NCBI GenBank assembly: GCA_965205025.1
Contig: CBDBFU010000032.1
Span: 192,001 to 256,000 of the forward strand
DNA length: 64,000 bases
Source of the DNA: Candidatus Poribacteria bacterium
GTDB taxonomy: Bacteria > Poribacteria > WGA-4E > WGA-3G
Direction of reading: 5' to 3'
This document shows positions 18,058 to 27,781 of this stretch, piece after piece. Position numbers and translations under genes: made by a program. Every line of letters starts with the position of its first letter. Positions within the stretch are counted from its first letter, which is position 1. The notes beneath the pieces were generated by a model. That model saw nothing but the letters and a program-made list of their open reading frames with translations, had not been told where the DNA came from and did no database searches.

Positions 18058-18205
18058 ATTGAACTTCCTTCTTACAAATACAGTATCGTTTACTGTATAT
18101 CATTGAGAGTATTCAATTTTCCATAGGATTGAATATATATCAATGTTGCGTGATTACTACATTCCAATTTTCTAAACAGACAGATGAAATTAAGGTAGAT
18201 AGTTC

Positions 18206-19981
18206 TTATTCTATATCCGGTTTTGTGCTGAATTTGAGTGAGTCCGTTGGGTCTGCTACTTCCATGCGATAATCCCAATACCCATTGTAATCAGCAGTGA
18301 GGATGGTCAATGAATTCCATCCTTCCTCTAATGGTAGTTGGAAGTGTACCCACCAAGAATATAGATGTTTATTTGGAATACCTGTCCCTTCAACTTCTTT
18401 ACCATTTACATATATCTTTCCTAAATTACCACCCCATTTTATCTGTGCAAATACTTCTTGATTATCTGGACTCTTAATATATGACTTACCAAACCCATAA
18501 GTAAATTCCGCTTCTCCAAATAGCTTTCTTAGTTGTATATTGTCAGATTCTGAAAGGTGTTCTATCCATGATATTTCTCCCTTTGTTCCTTGATATATAT
18601 TCTGAAAATCAGACTCTGGTAATGTGATGGATAGAAAATTTTGGGGTATATCACTGGAATTAGAAGGTAAAGATGTCAACCCTAAATCAAATGGACCGAG
18701 AAGCATCCAATTTTTTATGACCTTCATATACTCTCTATCAATTGGATGAACTAACCTTGTCCCGCTTGATAACAATTCACCACCGTATTGCATTGAATAT
18801 CTATAGATTGGGAACGGTGTGATGTTATCTGATTTCACAGATATGTTTATAGTAGTTTTTGTTGTTTGGCCAGGTTTAACTTGAAGAGATAGCGTATTTG
18901 GAGTGATCTGCCAAATTTCATTTGGATCGAAAGTAATCTCAGTCAATAATAGTTTTTCCAGTGTATTCTGCATGTCAATGACAATACTTCCACTATTGAT
19001 CTTTTTGCTTCTGTCAAAATTGAATTCATGCTTGAAGGTTAATTGCTTAGATACTTTCGCTTTAAAGGCTGCGATTGAAATATCTGCAGGATAGATGTTT
19101 CCCGGTTCAATAATTGCTATATTTACATCTTTATTATCAACTGTTACAAGACTGTAGTGATCAAATGCTCCGATTTCTTTTACTTCCTTTGGTGTAAATC
19201 CTCCACCTGTAGCACCAAGTACAAAATATCTTCTATCATTTCGTGTATGTAGCGTTAGGTTGTGATAATGTCCGGCAAAGACGGTGTATTCTCTTTTACA
19301 CAGGGCAGTTTCGATAAGTTCCCAACCTGAATCTTTGTGAAGCCATAACGGTCTATGTAACAAGACAAAAGTATGTCGTACATTTGAGTGTTGTGTAAGT
19401 TGTGATTTCACATACTCAATCTGTTCTTCCCCAAACCAGTTTGTCCACTCTCCATCAATAGCATGCCACTCTTCAGTATTAAGCATGAGAAAGAGACAAT
19501 CTTTGTATGTAAAGGCAGAATAGGTACGACCAATTTTTCGTTTCCAATAATCATACATTACACGGTTTGTAATATCATGATTTCCCGGTAATGGTAAGAA
19601 AGGAATAATTAAATCAGATTGATGTTTCCAGAATTCCTTCCACTCCTCATCAAGTCTTTCCACACTGGTTGTGTCACCTTGAATTAAATCCCCTACCATA
19701 ATGGCAAAGTCAGGTTTTAAGATGTTGATTTCATTTATGGCTCTATCAAAAACGTGCCATTTATCCAGACCTCCGCCAGTCTTATCACCAATGATTGCAA
19801 AAGTGAATTTGTCAGGATCCTCTGAGAATGGACGTTCAACGATGGGTGTTCCTTCAGGGAATACTGGTGCTTGAGCAGAAACTCCAGTAGCAAAAATGAA
19901 TCCTACCAAAAGCATAATCCCGTATATTGAGAAATTCACCGATTTGCAGCATCGGATTTTCTGTATGATTATAAAGTCCAT
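18206..19981 (-). CDS. Secreted calcineurin-like metallophosphoesterase with additional C-terminal beta domains
   Basis: GD, GDLI, GNHD, HRP and GHYH motifs; C-terminal Ig-like and WMLLGPF-type segments. Confidence 0.85.
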   Translation of the reverse strand: MDFIIIQKIRCCKSVNFSIYGIMLLVGFIFATGVSAQAPVFPEGTPIVERPFSEDPDKFTFAIIGDKTGGGLDKWHVFDRAINEINILKPDFAIMVGDLIQGDTTSVERLDEEWKEFWKHQSDLIIPFLPLPGNHDITNRVMYDYWKRKIGRTYSAFTYKDCLFLMLNTEEWHAIDGEWTNWFGEEQIEYVKSQLTQHSNVRHTFVLLHRPLWLHKDSGWELIETALCKREYTVFAGHYHNLTLHTRNDRRYFVLGATGGGFTPKEVKEIGAFDHYSLVTVDNKDVNIAIIEPGNIYPADISIAAFKAKVSKQLTFKHEFNFDRSKKINSGSIVIDMQNTLEKLLLTEITFDPNEIWQITPNTLSLQVKPGQTTKTTINISVKSDNITPFPIYRYSMQYGGELLSSGTRLVHPIDREYMKVIKNWMLLGPFDLGLTSLPSNSSDIPQNFLSITLPESDFQNIYQGTKGEISWIEHLSESDNIQLRKLFGEAEFTYGFGKSYIKSPDNQEVFAQIKWGGNLGKIYVNGKEVEGTGIPNKHLYSWWVHFQLPLEEGWNSLTILTADYNGYWDYRMEVADPTDSLKFSTKPDIE

Positions 19982-20214
19982 AATCTGTTATCTCCTAAAT
20001 CTAAATAGTGAGGAATCAATACCAATGTTCATAGTCATTCAATTATTATGATTGCATGGATCTTAATGAATCGTACCTAATTCTCTATACATAGCAAATT
20101 CTAATAGGATTATACCATTAATTGTGTATAAGGTATTCTTAAAGATATTATACTCAGGGGATATTTAGTTCTCGATATTTTTAGCTACTATGTTCACATT
20201 CGTGAATAATATTC

Positions 20215-20282
20215 GTAGGTCGAGTAGAGCGGAGCGAAACCCGATATCTTAGGTTCCTGTTGTGTATCGCAAACTCAACCCA
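20215..20282. repeat. Degenerate GTAG-type REP doublet; second copy truncated
   Basis: GTAG-GTCGAGT-AGAGCGGAGCGAA-ACCCGAT (20215-20245), then an inverted copy GTTGTGT-ATCGCAAACTCA-ACCCA (20259-20282) lacking the terminal ACCTAC. Confidence 0.6.
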
Positions 20283-20293
20283 TAAGTGTCAAT

Positions 20294-20785
20294 TTAGTGT
20301 GTAAGTATAGAATTTGCACTATAGCGAGCGCGTTTATAACTGAGACCGAGTCGGCTAAGGATTAGGTGAATACCCGGCACAGACACATCACTAAGCCAAG
20401 AGACGATGTTTCCAAGGGATCGGAGTGTCCATCGGGTTTGATGCGGATTATGTTGTTCAGGTCCTTGTGCGATAGTGTTATAGACCTCCGCCTCTGCTTC
20501 TTCAGGGGATTTAGGGGAATAAGCAGGTTTTCGACCACGACCGGGTGTATAGAATAAACCTTGAATACCGTTTTCATTGTATCGGTGAAGCCACGAATAG
20601 ACCGTATCAGGATCGCGTTCTTTCAAGAGCATTTTTCGGGCGACTTTGTGAGGGGAAAACCCCTCGCTTATTTTCAAAAGGGCAGCAGCGCGTTCTCGTA
20701 GATAAGCCGGTTCGCCTTTATCACGGAGTTCAACGAGTTTTTGTCGTTCAGTTTCACTGAGTTCAAGTTTATGATGTTTTGCCAT
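20294..20785 (-). mobile_element. Truncated IS630-family transposase (HTH/winged-helix half only)
   Basis: AGGAGG then ATG 20785; TVYSWLHRYNENGIQGL...PGRGRKP...RWTLRSL...LSRLGLSYKRAR; ends before the DDE domain; visibly higher GC than the flanks. Confidence 0.8.
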
Positions 20786-20982
20786 GAATAAATACCTCCT
20801 TGAACAAGAGGATAGCACAAAAAACAAAATTACCGAATTAAAAAATTAATCTTCATATGGCATTCATACTGTTGATTCATATACATCAAATTAGTGCACA
20901 TCCAGGAACGATAACTTAGGTTTCCTAACCGAAAAGGAATTAACACTGAGTCTTTCCTAAATAGAATTGAATTTATCTAAAC

Positions 20983-21753
20983 CTAATCATTAGATTCGTT
21001 AGGATGCCACAGATTTTTCTCTGTAATACCCAAGTCTTTAATAATAGGTGTAAGAAGAGATAATTCTTCCAACTGTTTTATGTTATGGGCATCACTACCA
21101 ATAAGCAGTTTAACATCCCGTTCTAAACATAACTGATAGAAGTCAATCAGATGGGGTTGATTATAACGGATAATCTTAGGGGTGAGTTCTATACCGAGTC
21201 CGCGTTGAGAAGCGAGATCCAATTGATAAATTAAACGTTTATGTTCAATGTTGTTTAGCATTTCCTGTCCAAATGCTGCAAGTGTCTCTGGTGAATGTTG
21301 GAAGACATCAGGGGATAATAGAAAAGGATGAACAACCGCATCTGTGATAGGAGAAGCAATCGCTGCCTCAAACATATAGATTTCGTGGAGTGCAACTCGT
21401 CTCGGATCACGGAGACTTTTCGGACGTTCAACACCGCGTAGGTGGTAATGGTTTGGTGCCATCAATACATAATCGAAATACGATGCCATACGAATCTTGA
21501 TTGAGGGAACCTGATAATCAAGCATCTGTGATTCAACACCAAAATGCACATCAATTGAAGGTTCAGCATCTTTAATGGATTGTCGTGCTGCCTCAATAGT
21601 CTTTACTTTAGATTGATAACTGTAATCATGGTCAGTTATTCCAATTGATTCTATACCGTGTTCTTGTTGAAATTTTATTATTTTCTCAGTACTAAAGTCA
21701 TTCTCCGCACATCCAGAAAGTTGTGTATGAATATGATAATCACAACTAAACAT
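20983..21753 (-). CDS. PHP-domain phosphoesterase (YcdX/HisJ-like)
   Basis: DYHIHT, GITDH, GSDAH metal-binding motifs. Confidence 0.85.
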   Translation of the reverse strand: MFSCDYHIHTQLSGCAENDFSTEKIIKFQQEHGIESIGITDHDYSYQSKVKTIEAARQSIKDAEPSIDVHFGVESQMLDYQVPSIKIRMASYFDYVLMAPNHYHLRGVERPKSLRDPRRVALHEIYMFEAAIASPITDAVVHPFLLSPDVFQHSPETLAAFGQEMLNNIEHKRLIYQLDLASQRGLGIELTPKIIRYNQPHLIDFYQLCLERDVKLLIGSDAHNIKQLEELSLLTPIIKDLGITEKNLWHPNESND

Positions 21754-21902
21754 TGCCTACTCCTTCAAACTAATTCAAACCTAATAAATTATTACAGACT
21801 TCTGTTTGGAATGCAACATAAAAACCGTGAATTATTTGATAAATAGATACGTCAAATACGAGTAATTAGATAACGGAAATACGTGAGTAGCATTATTTTT
21901 TC

Positions 21903-21932
21903 TTGCAATATCTTGCTAATCTAAGATATACT
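21903..21932 (+). promoter_or_regulatory. Putative sigma70 promoter of the nuo operon
   Basis: TTGCAA-18 bp-TATACT, about 70 bp upstream of nuoA. Confidence 0.45.
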
Positions 21933-22003
21933 TTAAGCGGTTATAATTACGCCCCACATGACACTATACTAACCGAAACGACACTGTTAAATAGGGACAA
22001 GTC

Positions 22004-22414
22004 ATGCTCTTTAATTTCGCGAATGTTCTGATATTTGTTATTGTCGGATGTCTATTTGTTGTATTAAATTTGACTGTCTCTCGTTTACTTCACACGAAGT
22101 TGTTTTCCGGTGAAAAATACATCCCTTATGAATGTGGTGAAGATCCAATCGGTGATACGCGGATTAAGTTTAACACGCGTTTCTATGTCATCGCGCTAAT
22201 TTTTTTAATTTTTGATGTTGAAGTTGTTTTCCTTCTACCGTGGGCAGTGGTTTTCCGTAGTATTGGTCCCATTGCATTTCTGGAGATGCTCGTTTTTATC
22301 GCTATACTCTTAGTAGGTTTGGCTTATGTATGGGCAAAAGGTGACCTTGAATGGATCCGTTCTACACAATTAGAAGTACAGTCCGTTCAAAGGGAGGAAA
22401 GTTATGATAATTGA
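22004..22414 (+). CDS. nuoA: NADH-quinone oxidoreductase subunit A
   Basis: [32 protein letters not shown]. Confidence 0.95.
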   Translation: MLFNFANVLIFVIVGCLFVVLNLTVSRLLHTKLFSGEKYIPYECGEDPIGDTRIKFNTRFYVIALIFLIFDVEVVFLLPWAVVFRSIGPIAFLEMLVFIAILLVGLAYVWAKGDLEWIRSTQLEVQSVQREESYDN

Positions 22415-22994
22415 TGAAAAACTTGATAAGAATATCATTGTTACATCAGTTGACGCTGTTGCCAATTGGGCACGTTCCTCTGCCCTTTGGCCAATGACAT
22501 TTGGACTTGCATGTTGTGCAATTGAATTTATGGCAACTGCAGCCTCAAATTATGACCTGGACAGATTTGGTGCTGGTGTCCCTCGTGCTACACCCCGTCA
22601 ATCCGATTTAATGGTGATTTCTGGTACGGTTACACTTAAGATGGCAACACGTATAAAACGACTATATGAACAGATGCCTGAACCAAAATATGTCATCTCT
22701 ATGGGAAGTTGTGCTACAAGTGGTGGACCCTACTGGCAACACGGTTACCATGTTCTTAAAGGTGTTGATAGGATTATCCCTGTTGATGTTTATGTGCCAG
22801 GATGTCCTCCCAGACCCGAAGCACTCATAGAAGGACTATTAAAATTACAAGAAAAAATTCGAACACAAACTGTCGCTAAACGATCAGATGTACCATTTCT
22901 AAAAAGACTCTTTACAAAGACTGAATGGTATGAACAAGAAAAGATTGAAGCTGCAACCGATGAAGATACACCTGATACTGAAGACAAAACTTAG
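22404..22994 (+). CDS. nuoB: NADH-quinone oxidoreductase subunit B
   Basis: [27 protein letters not shown]. Confidence 0.96.
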   Translation: MIIDEKLDKNIIVTSVDAVANWARSSALWPMTFGLACCAIEFMATAASNYDLDRFGAGVPRATPRQSDLMVISGTVTLKMATRIKRLYEQMPEPKYVISMGSCATSGGPYWQHGYHVLKGVDRIIPVDVYVPGCPPRPEALIEGLLKLQEKIRTQTVAKRSDVPFLKRLFTKTEWYEQEKIEAATDEDTPDTEDKT

Positions 22995-23047
22995 AGACTA
23001 CAGAAGCGACACAATAATGCCAACTCTTAATATGGAGTCGAAAATAC

Positions 23048-23533
23048 GTGAACCTTGAAGAAATCTATCAGGTCTTAAAAGATAAGTTTGGTGAAGCTGT
23101 CCTTACACTTGACACAGAACTTTCTGGTGATCATAGTATTCATATCTCTCCTACAGAAATCGCAGATGTATGTAAATTCCTTAAAGAGACTGATACATTA
23201 GCATTTGATTCACTGATGTGTCTAAGTGGAGTTGATTTGAGTGCTAAAGATGAGGAATTTGCTGTTGTATATCATCTCTACTCTATGAATCACCGGCATA
23301 AGGTTGTATTAAAGACACTTCTACCCAAATCAGAACCGCAATTACCCAGTGTCTCACATATTTGGAAAACTGCAGATTGGCATGAAAGAGAAGCTTACGA
23401 TCTTTACGGAATAATCTTTGAAGGACATACAGATCTTCGTAGACTTCTACTCCCTGATGATTGGGAAGGATATCCTTTACGGAAAGACTATCAAGAACCC
23501 GATTTCTATCGTGGAATGCGTGTTCCATATTAA
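23048..23533 (+). CDS. nuoC: NADH-quinone oxidoreductase subunit C
   Basis: WHEREAYDLYGIIFEGH.DLRRLLLPDDWEGYPLRKDY. Confidence 0.96.
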   Translation: MNLEEIYQVLKDKFGEAVLTLDTELSGDHSIHISPTEIADVCKFLKETDTLAFDSLMCLSGVDLSAKDEEFAVVYHLYSMNHRHKVVLKTLLPKSEPQLPSVSHIWKTADWHEREAYDLYGIIFEGHTDLRRLLLPDDWEGYPLRKDYQEPDFYRGMRVPY

Positions 23534-23607
23534 ATGTATTAAGCAAGTATCTAATTTAATATAGAAATATATAGTTTAGGAATACTCAAGAACAATCACC
23601 CAAATTT

Positions 23608-24812
23608 ATGGAAAGTACACAATCAACAGAATCAAAAATCATTGAATTAAAACCTTTTACGGATGAAATGATTGTAAATATGGGACCTCAACATCCAAGT
23701 ACACACGGTGTACTTCGTTTGGAATTGAAATTGGATGGTGAGGTAGTTCGTGAAGCAATTCCACATATCGGATATCTCCACCGTTGTTTCGAAAAACACT
23801 CTGAAAATCTCTCATACCCCCAAATCATACCTTTTACGGATCGCATGGATTATGTTGCAGCAATGAACCAAAATTGGGGGTTTTGCCTTGCTGTAGAAAA
23901 ACTCATGGAGGCTGATGAGGAAAAGGAATTCGCTGTACCAGAACGTGCAGAATATCTACGAGTATTAATATGTGAATTAAATCGTATTGCAAGTCATCTA
24001 CTGTCTTTGGAACTTACGGTATGGATATCGGAGCATTCACACCATTCCTCTATGCTTTCCGCGATCGTGAACGTCTTCTACTTCTTTTTGAGAAAGTATG
24101 TGGGGCACGTTTAACCTATAATTATATTCGTATTGGTGGTGTTTCTGAAATTATACCGATGGAACCGGGATCTATTGATGAACAAAACTTCTTAGATGAG
24201 ATTGAGGAATTTCTCGATTACTTTGAACCACAGATTGATGAATATAATGACCTACTAACTTCCAATAGTATCTTTGCTGAAAGAACAATGGGGGTCGCAG
24301 TAATGTCTGCTGAGATGGCATTGAGTTATGGATCGACTGGACCGAATCTACGTGGTTCAGGTGTCGACTGGGATTTAAGACGAGATGAACCTTATTCAAT
24401 ATATGATCGATTTGAATATGATGTACCAGTTGCCAAGGATATACCGGAATTAGGGGCTGTTGTCGGGGATTGTTGGAGTCGATACAAAATACGGATGGAT
24501 GAAATGAAGGAATCCGTTAGTATATGTCGACAGATTTTAGCTGAAGGTTTACCTGATGGACCTGTTATGGCAGATTTGAAAGCAGTCCGTCCTCCTAAGG
24601 GTGAGATATATTTCCGTAGTGAAGCACCGAGGGGAGAGTTGGGTTTCTACATTGTCAGTGATGGTACACCTAAACCTGTCCGTGTCAAGGGACGATCCCC
24701 ATGCTTCAGTGCTCTAAGTGCTCTGCAGGAATTAAGTCAAGGATTGATGGTAGCTGATATCATCGCAATTATTGGTAGTATTGATATTGTTATGGGAGAA
24801 GTTGATAGATAG
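23608..24812 (+). CDS. nuoD: NADH-quinone oxidoreductase subunit D (one frameshift near 24006-24009, probably a sequencing error)
   Basis: [15 protein letters not shown]...ELNRIASHL in one frame and DIGAFTPF...EAPRGE...GEVDR in another; one extra T in CTGTCTTTGGAAC restores [12 protein letters not shown]. Confidence 0.93.
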
Positions 24813-24897
24813 TATTTTGGTCATTGAAATGTAAAGTTGAATACTATTCTAAACAAGAAAATGCAATCATTGTTTTGTATACAAATAAGGAAGTTTG

Positions 24898-26115
24898 ATG
24901 TCGGATATTTTACCAAGTAGTTTTTTTATTCAGATTCAAGATGCATCTGGTAATTGGGCTTCAGATTTCGTTGAAAATGTAATTATTCCTAAAATTCCTC
25001 ATCTACCCGTGGAGTTAGGCACTGTACTCGTGATGATAGCATGTGCGGGTATATTCGTTGCCGTTGTTCCTTTACTTCCATTAGTACTTGTTCTTGCAGA
25101 AAGAAAAGTTGCTGCTCGGTTTCAAAACAGAACAGGTCCAATGCGTGTTGGACCGTGGGGAACTCTTCAAACGCTTGCAGATGGAATAAAACTTATCTTT
25201 AAAGAAGATTTTATTCCAGCTCAAGGTGACAAACTCCTTTTCCTTCTTGCTCCTTATGTCATATTTGCCTGTTCTTTCGCAGTATTTGCAGCTATCCCAT
25301 TTGGTCAAAATATATTAGTGAGTGATTTTAATATCGGCATCTTTTATATTATGGCGATTTCATCAGTCATTGTCATGGGAGTGATTATGGCTGGATGGTC
25401 ATCAAATAGTAAATGGTCTCTGTTAGGTTCATTGCGTTCGGCAGCACAGATTGTCAGTTATGAAATTCCACTCGGTCTTTCCATCTTAACTGTAGTTATG
25501 TTGGTTGGAAGTTTGGGTATGAGAGATATCGTCGCTTCTCAAGAGAACGGGTTTTTCAGTTGGTTAATTTTTAGATCACCCTTTACGTTCATTGCATTCT
25601 TTATCTTTTTCATTTCATCTATCGCGGAAGTCAACCGAACCCCATTTGATTTACCTGAAGCGGAATCTGAAATCGTTGCGGGTTTCCACACTGAATATAG
25701 TGGCATGCGATTCGCACTCTTCTTTATTGCTGAATATGCAAATATGTTCGCTGTCAGTGCAATAGCAGTTACACTATTTCTGGGTGGATATGAAGGTGTG
25801 CTTCCCGGTTATGACTTCATGGGCGGTTTCCCCGGTTTTGTTATAAAGACATTAGGTCTTGTTTTCTTAATGATGTGGTTGAGATGGACTCTTCCGCGAT
25901 TGCGTGTTGACCAACTAATGAATCTCTGCTGGAAATATTTTATACCGATCTCTTTCTTCAACATCTTAGGGACTGGAGTCTGGGGTTTAATTTTCGAAAC
26001 GGATGATATATGGAGTATAGGAATTAGTTGTACAATTATATATGTCGGTTTAATCAGTGCGTATGCTTTGGCTGGACGGGTTTTCTCTCGAAAACCTGCA
26101 ACACAAGCAAGTTAG
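24898..26115 (+). CDS. nuoH: NADH-quinone oxidoreductase subunit H
   Basis: ERKVAARFQNRTGP, ADGIKL, NRTPFDLPEAESE, PRLRVDQLM. Confidence 0.96.
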   Translation: MSDILPSSFFIQIQDASGNWASDFVENVIIPKIPHLPVELGTVLVMIACAGIFVAVVPLLPLVLVLAERKVAARFQNRTGPMRVGPWGTLQTLADGIKLIFKEDFIPAQGDKLLFLLAPYVIFACSFAVFAAIPFGQNILVSDFNIGIFYIMAISSVIVMGVIMAGWSSNSKWSLLGSLRSAAQIVSYEIPLGLSILTVVMLVGSLGMRDIVASQENGFFSWLIFRSPFTFIAFFIFFISSIAEVNRTPFDLPEAESEIVAGFHTEYSGMRFALFFIAEYANMFAVSAIAVTLFLGGYEGVLPGYDFMGGFPGFVIKTLGLVFLMMWLRWTLPRLRVDQLMNLCWKYFIPISFFNILGTGVWGLIFETDDIWSIGISCTIIYVGLISAYALAGRVFSRKPATQAS

Positions 26116-26151
26116 GTTAATCTATATAGTCCCAATTTGGAGAATACAAAT

Positions 26152-26871
26152 ATGGACAAATACATACGAAACATATACAAAGGTATATACACTGTCCTTG
26201 TTGGAATGCGGATTACTATACGACAGTTCTTTGAACCAAATGTGACACACCAATACCCTTATGAACATGATTTTGAAAAGAAGCAGAATGTACGGGAGAT
26301 TCCAAAAGGATATCGTGGACAACTCTATAATCGTATAGAGGATTGTATTGGATGTAAAAAATGTGAGATGATCTGTCCTGTTGATTGTATTACCATCCAA
26401 GGTGATAAACTTCCAAAAGGTGAACAACTTTGGGATAGTATGAATGTTATTCATCTAAAAGATGGTAGAGAAATAATTGGAATATTAGAAGGTGATGACA
26501 AAAAGATTAATCTTGAAGGTTCACTGACATTGACCAATACCACATCCCGCTTGGGACCACAAGAAGTTATAGACCGTCTTGAACCCTCTGGCGATGAAAG
26601 CAGAACACAGACTATATCGGGTTCTGAAGTTTCTCGTGTTGTTACACGTAACCCTGTCGTATTCTATCTTGACCAGTTTGATATTGATATGTCCCTCTGC
26701 ATGTATTGTGGATTGTGTACTGAAGTTTGTCCCACTGAGTGTCTTGTCATGAAGGATTCACTGGAAGGTATTGAGTATTCAAAGTTTGACCGTACAGATC
26801 TGATATTCGAATTTGATAAGCAGGAAATGTACAATAAGAATGACGAAAGTAGTATAGAAGCTGCAGATTAA
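26152..26871 (+). CDS. nuoI: NADH-quinone oxidoreductase subunit I with a 70-aa insertion
   Basis: VTHQYP, CIGCKKCEMICP and CMYCGLCTEVCP; start at ATG 26152 (GGAG upstream). Confidence 0.93.
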   Translation: MDKYIRNIYKGIYTVLVGMRITIRQFFEPNVTHQYPYEHDFEKKQNVREIPKGYRGQLYNRIEDCIGCKKCEMICPVDCITIQGDKLPKGEQLWDSMNVIHLKDGREIIGILEGDDKKINLEGSLTLTNTTSRLGPQEVIDRLEPSGDESRTQTISGSEVSRVVTRNPVVFYLDQFDIDMSLCMYCGLCTEVCPTECLVMKDSLEGIEYSKFDRTDLIFEFDKQEMYNKNDESSIEAAD

Positions 26872-26908
26872 TTTCACTCCTATGACTAACTTGTTGGATT
26901 AATTATAG

Positions 26909-27427
26909 ATGGAAATAACACTGAAGACACTTGTTTTTTATGGATTTGCTCTTCTAACAATCGGTTCTGCCTTCGCTGTAGTAACCGTCCGTAATATCGT
27001 ACATGCTGCATTTGCACTCATGGTAACTCTTTTTGGGGTAGCAGGACTTTACGTGTTCCTACAAGCAGATTTTCTTGCTGCAACACAGGTGATTGTATAT
27101 GTTGGTGGGATACTCGTTCTCATTCTTTTTGGTGTCATGATGACAAGTGGTAGATTACAAATGCGTATCCATATTGAAAGAGGACAACTCCTATTGGGTG
27201 GTGGTATTACAATTGCTTTACTCCTGCTGTTATTGACAGTCATTGCTAATACACCCAGATGGAAGAACTTATCTGATGATGGAACTGAGTTTGCTCCTAC
27301 AACAAGTCGTATTGGTGAACTGATTTTAAATGAACAATTTCTGCTTCCATTCGAGATTGCCTCTGTATTGTTATTAGTCGCACTTATCGGTGCAGCTTTA
27401 ATATCTCGTAAGGAGATAAGGGATTAA
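26909..27427 (+). CDS. nuoJ: NADH-quinone oxidoreductase subunit J
   Basis: ADFLAATQVIVYVGGILVL, LPFEIASVLLLVALIGA. Confidence 0.95.
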   Translation: MEITLKTLVFYGFALLTIGSAFAVVTVRNIVHAAFALMVTLFGVAGLYVFLQADFLAATQVIVYVGGILVLILFGVMMTSGRLQMRIHIERGQLLLGGGITIALLLLLLTVIANTPRWKNLSDDGTEFAPTTSRIGELILNEQFLLPFEIASVLLLVALIGAALISRKEIRD

Positions 27428-27463
27428 TATCCTCTTAGAATAATAGTTTTTTAGGTTTTATTT

Positions 27464-27772
27464 ATGACTTTACAACACTATTTAGTCATCAGTTCAATCT
27501 TGTTTTGTCTCGGTATTTTTGCTGTTTTGACACGACGCAATGCAATTAGTATTCTTATGGGTATTGAACTCATTCTCAATTCTTGCAATCTTAATTTCGT
27601 TGCTTTCTCACGTTTTGTCACGCCACCTGAGAACATAGATGGTCAGATCATTGCCATATTTGGTATTGTCTTAGCTGCAGCTGAGGCAGCTGTTTTTCTT
27701 GCGATTATACTTGCTATCTACCGTGAATTTGGTAGTATCAGACCTGATGAAGTGGATACCTTAAAGGGGTAA
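27464..27772 (+). CDS. nuoK: NADH-quinone oxidoreductase subunit K
   Basis: RRNAISILMGIELILN, AAAEAAV. Confidence 0.96.
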   Translation: MTLQHYLVISSILFCLGIFAVLTRRNAISILMGIELILNSCNLNFVAFSRFVTPPENIDGQIIAIFGIVLAAAEAAVFLAIILAIYREFGSIRPDEVDTLKG

Positions 27773-27781
27773 TTATTATAT

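Noticed and set aside
20310-20903. IS terminal inverted repeats GAATTTGCACTA / TAGTGCACATCC
   Set aside because: The match is short and imperfect, and the TA lies on the inner side, unlike IS630 ends.
21825-21843. Rex-like operator upstream of the nuo operon (also 59022-59039)
   Set aside because: Too many mismatches to TTGTGAA-N4-TTCACAA in AT-rich DNA.
24000-24020. Programmed frameshift or split nuoD
   Set aside because: One missing T in a short T-run restores the conserved sequence; there is no slippery heptamer or obvious stimulatory structure.
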